Assembly (NCBI RefSeq): GCF_964355755.1 | Contig: NC_092677.1 | Location: 9,942,101 to 10,006,100, forward strand | Direction of reading: 5' to 3' | From: Antedon mediterranea | Taxonomy: Eukaryota; Animalia; Echinodermata | DNA length: 64,000 nucleotides | Shown: positions 1 through 11,500 of the stretch, one piece after another | Position numbering within the stretch: position 1 is the first letter of the stretch | Layout of the letters: every line of letters starts with the position of its first letter | Position numbers and translations under genes: made by a program | The notes under the pieces: generated by a model | Database searches by the model: none | What the model saw: the letters and a program-made list of their open reading frames with translations, nothing else | Told to the model about the DNA's origin: nothing

Positions 1-1072
1 TTGGATAAAACATTTAAATTTAATTTACTATTTTTACTTGGTTTGTAAATTTAAATATATTCTTTATGTGCTTAAAAAAGTCACAATCATGTGAAAAGAA
101 ATGAAAGGGGAAAAAAAGAATGAGAAATTATATAAAAATGAGAGGATATAGAATTTGAGCAGGTAATACTGAGATTTATGTACAGTCATTGGAAGTTGGT
201 GCCAGAGCTTCGGAGCAGCAACATGGAAGGATTACTATTACTTTATATTTAAGTGATTTGTGTTATGGTTGTATTTTTTGAAATGAATAAAAAAAAAAAA
301 AAAAAAAAAAAAAAAACATGGAAGGATTGTCACATTTTCACACAACTCAATAAGCTTGATGATTGTAATCATGCAATCTCGATGGAAAATAGAATGATTG
401 TTTACATTTTTAAACTTTAAAAACAGAATATGACACAATAACAACAATATGGAATAGTCAAAAAGTCACGTTGTTAGGAAGAGGCGACATGAAACAACTT
501 TTTTATTTAACCTAAATTCACAAATTCCTTTTTTTTTTTGTAAAATGAAATGTTGTGTCCTTCATCTCTGAAAAAACCAAAGTAAAATACCATTTCACCG
601 ACATTGCAATAATTATTAAACATTGGAGATCATTGGCACAGTAAAAGTTTCTTATCTTTCATATACTAACTAGCAAAAATAATTCACTTTAAACTTTATT
701 GTTGTCAGCTCAATCATTAGATGAAAACTGGCTGGTTGTACCAGCAACAATCCTTCCATCATGTGATAAATTGTCTGCTTATTGCATAAAGTAACTCTAA
801 ATGTTGTCTAGATTGTCTTTTTTTAGATTAATTTTCTTTATTAATAATAAGAGGATCATTGTGGATCAGTGACCTGTGTAAACAGAGGGCCTGAAATTGC
901 ATGCGATGTAGTGTGTGGAAGTGAGGGGAGGCATAGGGCCTTGCTATAGCAATTGTACCAATTCCATAGTTATTTTCTGGCTATTTCACTGTTATTTATT
1001 GGCTACTTCACTTGCTATTTATTGGCTATTTCTCACTATAGCAATTGCACAATATAAAAACAGTAGTGCTAT

Positions 1073-1407
1073 TTCATGCTACTTTCATGCTATAACCAAT
1101 CCAGGGACGTTTATTTGTATTTTGGCAAGAATTCATATGTCTATGTCATTTAACACAAAATCATCAAAGAAAAAAAGGGTATGTGAATATGAGTTTGGTG
1201 TAATGGTTATATAGCCAGTGTTTTACAGTTGAGGTCCTTGGTTCAACTCCTGCTGAGGTTCTTTTTTTTTTTAATCATCATTTTCATTCATTTTATTATT
1301 TCATGCTACTTTCATTCTATAACCAATCCAGGGACGTTTATTTGTATTTTGGCAAGAATTCATATGTATGTCATTTAACACAAAATCATCAAAGAAAAAA
1401 AGGGTAT
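1073..1407. repeat. ~108-bp direct duplication (1073-1181 / 1301-1407) flanking a tRNA-like segment (1192-1260), of which an inverted copy lies at 1503-1561
   Basis: Manual alignment; A-box-like TGGTGTAATGG and B-box-like GGTTCAACTCC. Confidence 0.75.
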
Positions 1408-1440
1408 ATTCAACAGATCAACCAATGTTGCTGTGTCAAG

Positions 1441-1696
1441 TTATTACTTCCGCCAAGGAGGTTATGTAGTCGATTGGGCATGTGTGTTTGTTTGTCTCTT
1501 GACAAGGACCTCAACTGTAAAACACTGGCTATATAACCATTACACGAAACTCATATTCACAAGGTTGTATGTAGTGAAATTAGCCTAATCACACAGCATT
1601 AGACAAAATAACTATATATATTTTTTCAGGAGAAATCTTATGTAGGGGAATGTTACAATAGGTGGAAGTATGCACTCCCGGAGTGCCGTTCTGGTT
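1441..1696 (+). mobile_element. Non-autonomous Helentron/HINE-like (DINE-1-type) element, internally rearranged
   Basis: 5' end TTATTACTTCCGCCAAGGAGG. Subterminal IR TACTTCCGCC (1445) / GGTGGAAGTA (1661). 3' hairpin GCACTC-CCG-GAGTGC followed by CTGGTT. A related copy begins at ~61731 and shares GTAGTGAAATTAGCCTAA. Confidence 0.65.
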
Positions 1697-2348
1697 CGGT
1701 CCCGGAGTGCCGTTCTGGTTCGGTCCCGGAGTGCCGTTCTGGTTCGGTCCCGGAGTGCCGTTCTGGTTCGGTCCCGGAGTGCCGTTCTGGTTCACTCCCG
1801 GAGTGCCGTTCTGGTTCACTCCCGAAGTGCCGTTCTGGTTCGGTCCCGGAGTGCCGTTCTGGTTCGGTCCCGGAGTGCCGTTCTGGTTCGGTCCCGGAGT
1901 GCCGTTCTGGTTCGGTCCCGGAGTGCCGTTCTGGTTCGGTCCCGGAGTGCCGTTCTGGTTCGGTCCCGGAGTGCCGTTCTGGTTCGGTCCCGGAGTGCCG
2001 TTCTGGTTCGGTCCCGGAGTGCCGTTCTGGTTCACTCCCGGAGTGCCGTTCTGGTTCGGTCCCGGAGTGCCGTTCTGGTTCACTCCCGGAGTTCCGTTCT
2101 GGTTCACTCCCGAAGTGCCGTTCTGGTTTGGTCCCGGAGTGCCGTTCTGGTTCGGTCCCGGAGTGCCGTTCTGGTTCGGTCCCGGAGTGCCGTTCTGGTT
2201 CGGTCCCGGAGTGCCGTTCTGGTTCGGTCCCGGAGTGCCGTTCTGGTTCGGTCCTGGAGTGCCGTTCTGGTTCGGTCCCGGAGTGCCGTTCTGGTTCGGT
2301 CCCGGAGTGCCGTTCTGGTTCGGTCCCGGAGTGCCGTTCTGGTTCGGT
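1673..2348. repeat. 24-bp GC-rich minisatellite, 28 units (CACT/CGGT-CCCGGAGTGCCGTTCTGGTT)
   Basis: Read directly from the sequence; it explains the GPGVPFWF/NQNGTPG pseudo-ORFs. Confidence 0.97.
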
Positions 2349-5300
2349 AATTAGGTAGGTATATAAATAGATAGAAATGTTGCTTAGTTTGGAATATTTA
2401 ATTTGGATATACCACAGCGGGGCGGATTCCGCACTTAGATTAGGGGGGCTAAATATTTCATAAATGATAAAAACGATTCATCAGGTTGCAGAAAAATTAT
2501 TGTAATTATTTTATTTTAAAAAGTTAAATTTTAGGGTGGAGGGGACTAAAGCCTGCTTAGGCCCTGCCTAAATCCACGCCTGCACAGGATGAACTACAAA
2601 CATTTGGGCTATGTTAATAATAATAATCGCCTTTATATCACTACGTGTATTCCATATAAAATATAATCCCATAATAAAAAAAATTTAATTGTGCAAAATT
2701 TTATATTTCACCTCTAAGCAGGCAATACGTATATATATAATTCATGCCAGGGTAACTATTCTCATACTAATGACAGGGAAAGTATTTTTTAAAACATGAC
2801 AAGGAAATTATGTATTTCTGGGCAACTTTGCGTTTCTGGGCAAACTAGGCAAATCTAAAGTAATCTGAAAAGTGGTCTATAACGAAAATTCTAAGGGAAA
2901 CTGTAAATCGGATGCTATATATATAGATATTTGCAATGATGGAGATCCTGAGATCATCTGATACCGGTGTTTTTTTTTGTGTCTGCCTCTTTTATTTAAA
3001 CTTATTTATGCAATTGATTTCGTAACTATGGACATCCATTTCCAAAATAAAAGTAAAGTGGATGAATTAATATTGCTCAACCATGTACAGTACCAGTAGG
3101 ACGTACGTCAGCGAAGCACACTTGATCAAATGAGCGTGGCACTTAAGTTGTAGCTCGGACCATATGCTGGTACTGGCCTAAATATTAAATGCTGGTATAA
3201 ATAATAACAATAATATAAACATAATAAAAATGATACTAAAAACAATAAAATAATTTGTAAAAAAGAGAGAAAATCATTGCATTATTGAGAATTGTTTCAC
3301 TAAAGTCAAGGGAAAAAAACATTGGTTTCATAACTGCATAGATAATTATGCAGATTATATTTTAAGTTGAAGATGTTTATAATGAAATTATCAATTATCA
3401 ATAATAATTATATAAAAACTAATCAAGGTTAACATCACTAATTAACCTCAAATAATAATAATTTAATTTGCACTGATCATTACAACTGAAAATTCATGAA
3501 ATAGCACCCCCTCTAGCTTTCTTCACATGACTGTATATGATGGAAAAATATGAAAAAAAGAACAAGTAACAAAAGTGACATTGTTGCCATTCAGTTTAGG
3601 TTAGTAGATTGTAGAAGTATTTAACAGTTAAAATTATTTTTTTATATTACAAAAGTAAGTGGAATTTACTGATAAGGTAATAAATAGTAGTAGTAATAGT
3701 AATACATTTACTAAGTACCAACAGCATCTATGTATACTACCAATTTAACATACCAATGCTACTCTCTAACACACCTATTCTGCTTCAAGTATATTTCCAG
3801 GAGCATAATGAATAATTCATGACCTATTTCTATAATAAAGAATTGCAAGATGGCTGATCTACTTCCTAAATATAACTTAACTTGTTTGATACCCCGGTCA
3901 CCTGAAAAAAATGTGTGTACCAAAAATTGGATAGAAAACAAAATGTTTACCTGTAAAAATTAGTCAAATTGGCTGCCAGACAATATGTTTTTACTAACTG
4001 TCTATTTTTTTATTTTGGTTTTGTTTTTCCTACAGAAGTTTATTAAAACTACAAAATGCAAAATCCAATTTCATTTTAATTTTTTTGGGGACAATACATC
4101 TTTAATATCTTTTTTTGTTTGTAATCAACTAACTTGGAAGTTTGTTGAACTAAAAAATATGACATAAAATACACACATTACATACAAAAGTTCACATAGC
4201 AACCCTAGAAAAAACAGTTTTTATTTATTTTTAAAAAAAGATTATAACCGAATTGTACAAACTGCTTGTAGCAAATGGTAAAGACAACTTTCTCTTCTAG
4301 GTTAAAAACAATAGTGGCCAGCGTTGTTCGCACTGGACTTGAAAAATGGTAAATTTTACCCAGATAACTTTAGCAACGGCTATTGGTAAATTTACCGATG
4401 ATTTACCAAACTGTAACTCCCATGGTCACACATTCAGATTGGACTTTTTAGCTATCATGAAGTATTTATTGGAAGTGGTTAATTTAACAATGAGGGAATT
4501 GTAGCCAGTGTTCAGATTTAACTTTTCTTGGCGACTCTGTTAATTTGACCAACTGAGGTTTTAGCTTGTGTGGTCATGAATTGAGTCTGTAGTAACTTGT
4601 CTTTGTTATTTTTTCAAATTAGAGCTAAAACCTGGCCTCTAATACAGAATTATCCACTAGGGAAAATTAAAACTATAGATGGCGTTTTAACATTTAAACA
4701 AAATCAACCATAAAGGAAGCTATAAATAAATAAATTTACTTGCATAAACGGGCTAGTTAATGAAAAATGTTACTAGCCATTGGTCAGCGGACTGAATCGA
4801 ATAAATTATTCACAAAACAAATGATTTTTTTCCCCACTTTGGCAGACATTTTCATCTTTATTGTTAAACATTAAACATTATCATTTAATTTCGAGGCAGT
4901 TAAAAGTTTCTGCTAAAATACAATATGTGAACATATGTTAAAGGGTGTATGTTGTGTGTGTGCTGGTAGTCATCACAATATTACGATCACTGCCTCAAAT
5001 AATCTTTTATCTATTATTTAATATAATAGCACGAATGCAAAATTGTATGCTCTATCTATCTCCTCCTAAACCACACGATTGATACTTGCATCGTGTAAAC
5101 TGGGGCACCTTTTAGTCATTCAGCTATGATAGAATTGAAAGGCAATTTATTTGGAAAATTGTTTTTTTTATTGTGTTTGGTAGTTCTTGGCTATTTTCTC
5201 GCGTATTGCTAAACCCTGCAAACAACAAAAACATAACAAACCCCATTGAACCAACATAAAAGTGATTGAATTATGTAGTGTAGTTTTGGTTTGCAGGGTT

Positions 5301-5575
5301 TATCAATCATTTTTAACCAACAAAATATGTTTTACCCCAAAAAAAAGTAGTTAACAAAATTGTTGTCTTTTTCGGAGTTTGCAGGGTTTAGCAATACCCA
5401 TTTTCTGTACATCACAATCAGGTCACAGAGTCACCATGTATCACAGATTACCTGCCCTCCCTTTGGAGGGTTAACAGCTAGTTTCTTTTAATATAGAATT
5501 AACAAAATGTAACTGTAGTATAATAAACGTACAATGTAAAATTATATTTAAAACCAAAAAAATAAAATTGTTCAC

Positions 5576-8500
5576 CTGTTTTCCAAAAACTTGTAGAGAA
5601 AATGCTTGCATGCTGGGATGGAATGCATTATTGTACATGTCAAGAACTCTAGGGTTGTGATTCCGTCCTCTTCCAAATATTTTAGCCTGATTGTTCCATT
5701 GTATTGGCGCATTTATCTACAAAATAAAAAGGTTTTCTTCATTCTTGAGTTAATTCTTATATAGAGCATAAGCAATATCGCAATGGCAGCCCGTACAATT
5801 CAATTCAACTTTATTTAATCACAGAGGCCCAGATCAACACATGGTTATTCTTCCCGGGAACGTGCACATACAAAATAGAAATACAATTTCAAATATATAT
5901 ATATAAACCGAAAGGCAAATTACTGAAAAAATAACAATGCTGTGGGTATCAGTGGCTGGATCTCATTGGAGATACTGGGTTTGGTCTACTAGTGTTCCTG
6001 TTTTCAAATAGTCATCCATTCATAGAAGTACTGATAAAGAAATTCTGTTTGGTGGTAACTATAGAATGGACTGAGTAACTTGAATTCTTTGGTTTAAGTT
6101 TAATGCAATAGAATACAAAGGGTTATTATTTTGGTTATTTTGGCTACTTTTTGTATACAATTTATGTTCTATGCCTAATGTGTTTAGATATGTATAAATA
6201 AATCTAAAGGCAAATTACTGAAAAAATTACAATGCTGTGGGTATCAGTGGCTGGATCTCAATGGAGATAAAGAAAAAAGCAAAAAGCTAAATGGATAAAA
6301 AACAGAAAAGTTAGCAGAGCTTTCGAGCAACACTAGCCCTTCATCAGTGCAAGTGAAGGAATTTGGATAAAGTCATAGCATAATAATTGGCAAGTGCTGC
6401 CTGGGTGAACAGGAATAAAAGAAAATACAACAAAAGAGACAGGGTGGTGAATGTGGAGTGGAGACTGAATAAGAGTAGAAAAAAAAAGGTAGCTAGCTTG
6501 GTAAACAATTTTGGAATGGAACTAAAAAAACAACTAAAATGGTGGTTACTAGAGAGGTTTCGCAATCTTACGAATACGATAACGAAAACGGATACGTTAC
6601 GCACACGTATTCGTTTTCGTAAGCCATAAAAAAATCTGTTTCGCATGGCAACGAAATATTGAGGCGCGTCCAAAATATGACTGCGGTAAATTTAAGCGAA
6701 GCGCAGGTACGTGTTGCTTGTTGCTTGGCTGCCTAGGCCTAGCGTAACATCAAAGCGAGTGAGGACTTTAAAAACTGCTATTTATCAAAATTGACTTGGC
6801 ATTTTAGTAAATTACTTTAGTAAATTACTTTCAATAAAATTATAATTATATTATAATCATGAATCATTCCTGATTCAAATGCAAAATGTGCAAATAGATC
6901 AAAAACTATACCCGTTTTGTAGTTACGAATATCACTGATGATATTCGTCAACACGAATACGCTTTACGAATATGAAATGGGGATCAGCTCAAAAGTTTGA
7001 CAAATGTATGACGTATCCGTTTTCGTTTTTGTATTCGTAAGGTTGCGAAACCTCCTTAATATTGAAACCGATCTGGGAGTATGTTCCTAATATTGAGTCC
7101 AAAAGGTTTTGTGGTTTTAAGTAGTAATTCCAGTGGTTTCTTTGTCTTTGCAAGTTTTGTCGCTCCATTTGACATCGTGGTCTATATTGCAATATCTCTG
7201 AAATTTGCAATAGAGTGACCAGCTGAATTAAAATGTTCGGCTACAGGTTGATCAAGCTTTAATGTTTTGATAGCTGATCTGTGTTGTGTCATTCTCATAC
7301 GGAGAGTGTTTTTTGTTTCCCCGATGTACTGTTTACCACAAATATTACAGTATATGAGATAATCGACATTTTTGGTTAGGCAATTAATATATATATATAT
7401 ATATTTTTTATTTTTTGAGTAAACATTTTTAGTTTGTTTTTGTTCTGTGCTATTTGTTATTTGTTTTCTATGACAATACTGTAACGTACGGTGAGAGTAA
7501 AAAAAAAGTTCATTTCATTGTTTAGAAATTATATAACATATTTTGCTGATATTGACGAATCAGTTCATATTACTTAGTATTAAATTTAATACAAGATGGC
7601 AAAAAAAAAGCAAAGATCTTATGGAGCGCTTTTAAAGTATGAGTGATTTACAACTAATAATAAACACAAATAGATTATAAACCCGTTTATTTTAACAAAT
7701 CTATAAATAACTTTAATGACTTTCAAAATCTTTCAAGAAGAATTGGTCACATGCACCAAATGTGACCAATTTCGCCATACAAGTAAATAGTTTCTATAAA
7801 GGGTAAACTTAATTTAGAGAAAACTTTATAGAACCAGGCAGAGCACAAATATGTATTATTAAAAATAATTGGCTTTAGTAGTTACTGGCTACAAAACGAA
7901 AACACAATTTGTGTTGTTATTTGTGAAATATACGTTTCTCCTTTTTGTAAGGTTGTGAATCTATCTATCTGGTTGGTTGTTGGTCCATACTGAGCATGCA
8001 CGAGTGTCTTAGCTCATGCTACCAAAAAGGATATAGACTAGTGATAACAAATTATACATGTACAAATCCCATAGGGCCAAATCAAGCCAAATAGAGAAAA
8101 ATCATGCTATCCTTTTCTTTAAAAAAGCGAATAGCTGCGATAATTATGTTTTATTGCATGTCTACTGAGCTTTTTGATTCACATAAATGCTCATGAACGC
8201 GTCATAGCTCATTTCCTGAGCTTTGATTAAATGTTTTGCTTTGCAAAAAGTAGAAACAGTTTGAACTACCAATATTGCTGTAACGAATCTCAGAACTAGT
8301 AGAATCAGAAGCAGAGAGGGATTTGGAACATGGAAACATGAATGCTGTCGTTTGCAATTCGCACAAACAAATGTGCATAGTGGAAAATCGGCCTCATATG
8401 GCGTAATGCTTACATGTGAACGACTAAATGAATAACAATTTCATCATGTTCTATAAAAGGTCTACGTCATTAATCACATCACAAATTGTGCATTAAATAT

Positions 8501-11500
8501 TTTATGCATATATGTATTTGTCTTGTGAAAGACTACAGTAAGTTGTGATGAATTACGATATCCACTAAACATAAGTTAAAACAAATGTCATTTTTTAAAA
8601 CCTACCGTATTTAAATCTAGTTTGCTCAGTAACTGTACTAATAATAACTACCAACAACCCTCAGATTTGTCAAGTTCAATAAAAATTAATCAGATATTCG
8701 GAAATACTTTCTCATTTTAACTGCTTTTGTATGATTATAAAATCAGATCGGAATATGAAGTAGTTTAATGGTTTAAAAGATTTTAATTTAAACAATATAT
8801 TATGGGGACCCTTTTGGGCTTAAAGGGTTATCCCCTGTTCCATGTTTGGTTTTTCAAGTTTAATGTTTGTATTATTTTATGTAATTATTTTCTTTCAAAT
8901 ATCATGCAGTTTTATAAACTGTACTGTTCTTGGAATGCAATAAATATTACCTACTTACTGTGTATTGAACAGTGATATGTTACCTGCCAATTAAAGTGTC
9001 CGTGAGGGCCATAACTGGTCATCTTTCCATTGCTTAGCAAGAACACTGCATCGTACCCTTGGTTTCCTGTATGTAGGCCTATGTTACGTAGATGTGATAA
9101 AACACCTTTTCGCTTGGCTATCCTAAATTAAAAATGTTTTTAATTCAGTATTTCACAATACAGTAGAATTAAGCGAACACCATCTAAAGTGCAACACCAT
9201 TTGGTTGCAAAAAATTGCTACAGCTCAACTTGTAAAAGAATTGGATAAAGCTAGGTTCCTACTAGGATGTTACAATGCTTAAATTTGTTGTTTGCAGGTG
9301 TAGTTTTGCTTGGCCTCCAAACTGGCATATCTATGGCATATCTATGGCATATCTATGGCATATCTATGGCATATCTATGGCATATCTATGGCATATCTAT
9401 GGCATATCTATGGCATATCTATGGCATATCTATGGCATATCTATGGCATATCTATGGCATATCTATGGCATATCTATGGCATATCTATGGCATATCTATG
9501 GCATATCTATGGCCAATTTGAGAACAGTTCTATTTGGGAACATTTCTTGGGTTGTATACGCTCTCTCTTTTAACACAAATACCAGGATGTAAGTTATATA
9601 GAAAATATATGTAGAAAATAATACCTTTTTACAACTAATGGTAAAACAGAATGTTGCTTATCTTCTTTGAAATTGTTTGAGTACAATGTAAACAAAGAAC
9701 CTAAAAACAAATAAAAAAACTATAAAAATATTATTTAAAATGTATTTATTTATTATACATCTACTAAACACTTTCACACACCACCACTTTGCCATCATAT
9801 GTCACCACACTCTACTACATGACACTTTACGCTAATACACATCACCACCATATTCCACCACACACTACCATACGCTACCACACATCACCACCATATTCCA
9901 CCACACTCTACTACTTGACACTTTACGCTAAAACACATCACCACCATATTGCACCACACACCACCACTTGCTATCATATGCCACCACACTCTACTACATG
10001 ACACCTTACGCTAACACACATCACCATCATATTCCACCACACACTACCATATGCTAACACACATCACCATCATATTACACCACACACTACCACACATCAC
10101 CACCATATTCCACCACACACCACCACTTGCTATCATATGCCACCACACTCCACTACATGACACCTTACGCTAACACACATCACCATCATATTACACCACA
10201 CACTACCATACGCTAACACACATCACCATCATATTACACCACACACTACCATACGCTAACACACATCACCATCATATTACACCACACACTACCATACGCT
10301 AACACACATCACCACCATATTACACCACACACTACCATACGCTAACACACATCACCACCATATTGCACCACACACCACCACTTGCTATCATATGCCACCA
10401 CACTCTACTACATGACACCTTACGCTAACACACATCACCATCATATTACACCACACACTACCATACGCTAACACACATCACCATCATATTACACCACACA
10501 CTACCATACGCTAACACACATCACCATCATATTACACCACACACTACCATACGCTAACACACATCACCACCATATTCCACCACACACCACCACTTGCTAT
10601 CATATGCCACCACACTCTACTACATGACACCTTACGCTAACACACATCACCATCATATTACACCACACACTACCATACGCTAACACACATCACCATCATA
10701 TTACACCACACACTACCACACATCACCACCATATTCCACCACACACTACCATACGCTAACACACATCACCATCACATTACACCACACACTACCATACGCT
10801 AACACACATCACCATCATATTACACCACACACTACCATACGCTAACACACATCACCATCATATTACACCACACACTACCATACGCTAACACACATCACCA
10901 CTATATTGCACCACACACTACCATACGCTAACACACATCACCATCATATTACACCACACACTACCATACGCTAACACACATCACCACCATATTCCACCAC
11001 ACACTACCATACGCTAACAGACATCACCGCCATATTCCACCACACACTACCACACATCACCACCATATTCCACCACACACCACCACTTGCTATCATATGC
11101 CACCACACTCTACTACATGACACCTTACGCTAACACACATCACCACCATATTCCACCACACACTACCATACGCTACCACACATCACCATCATATTACACC
11201 ACACTCTACCATACGCTAACACACATCACCACTATATTCCACCACACACTACCATACGCTACCACACATCACCACTATATTCCACCACACTCTACCATAC
11301 GCTACCACACATCACCACCATATTCCACCACACACTAACATACGCTACCACACATCACCACCATATTCCACCACACACTAACATACGCTACCACACATCA
11401 CCACCATATTCCACCACACACTACCACACATCACAACCATATTCCACCACACATTACCATACATCACCACCATATTCCACCACACACTACCACACATCAC

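Larger units (their letters stand above)
6200..7383 (-). mobile_element. Degenerate Penelope-like element (Neptune-type) 3' end: GIY-YIG remnant, 3' UTR and pLTR
   Basis: 7383-7085 translates as CLTKNVDYLIYCNICGKQYIGETKNTLRMRMTQHRSAI...PVAEHFNSAGHS...LKTTKPFGLNIR with a stop/frameshift; hammerhead downstream; (TA)n at the truncated 5' end. Confidence 0.8.

Noticed and set aside
1673-2348. CRISPR array or repeat protein (GPGVPFWF / NQNGTPG ORFs)
   Set aside because: Contiguous units with no unique spacers, no cas genes and a eukaryotic context. The ORFs are open only because the 24-bp unit lacks stops.
2926-2962. DICNDGDPEII, resembling an FG-GAP motif of the missing 3' exons
   Set aside because: Wrong strand for the gene, immediately followed by a stop, and no supporting upstream frame.
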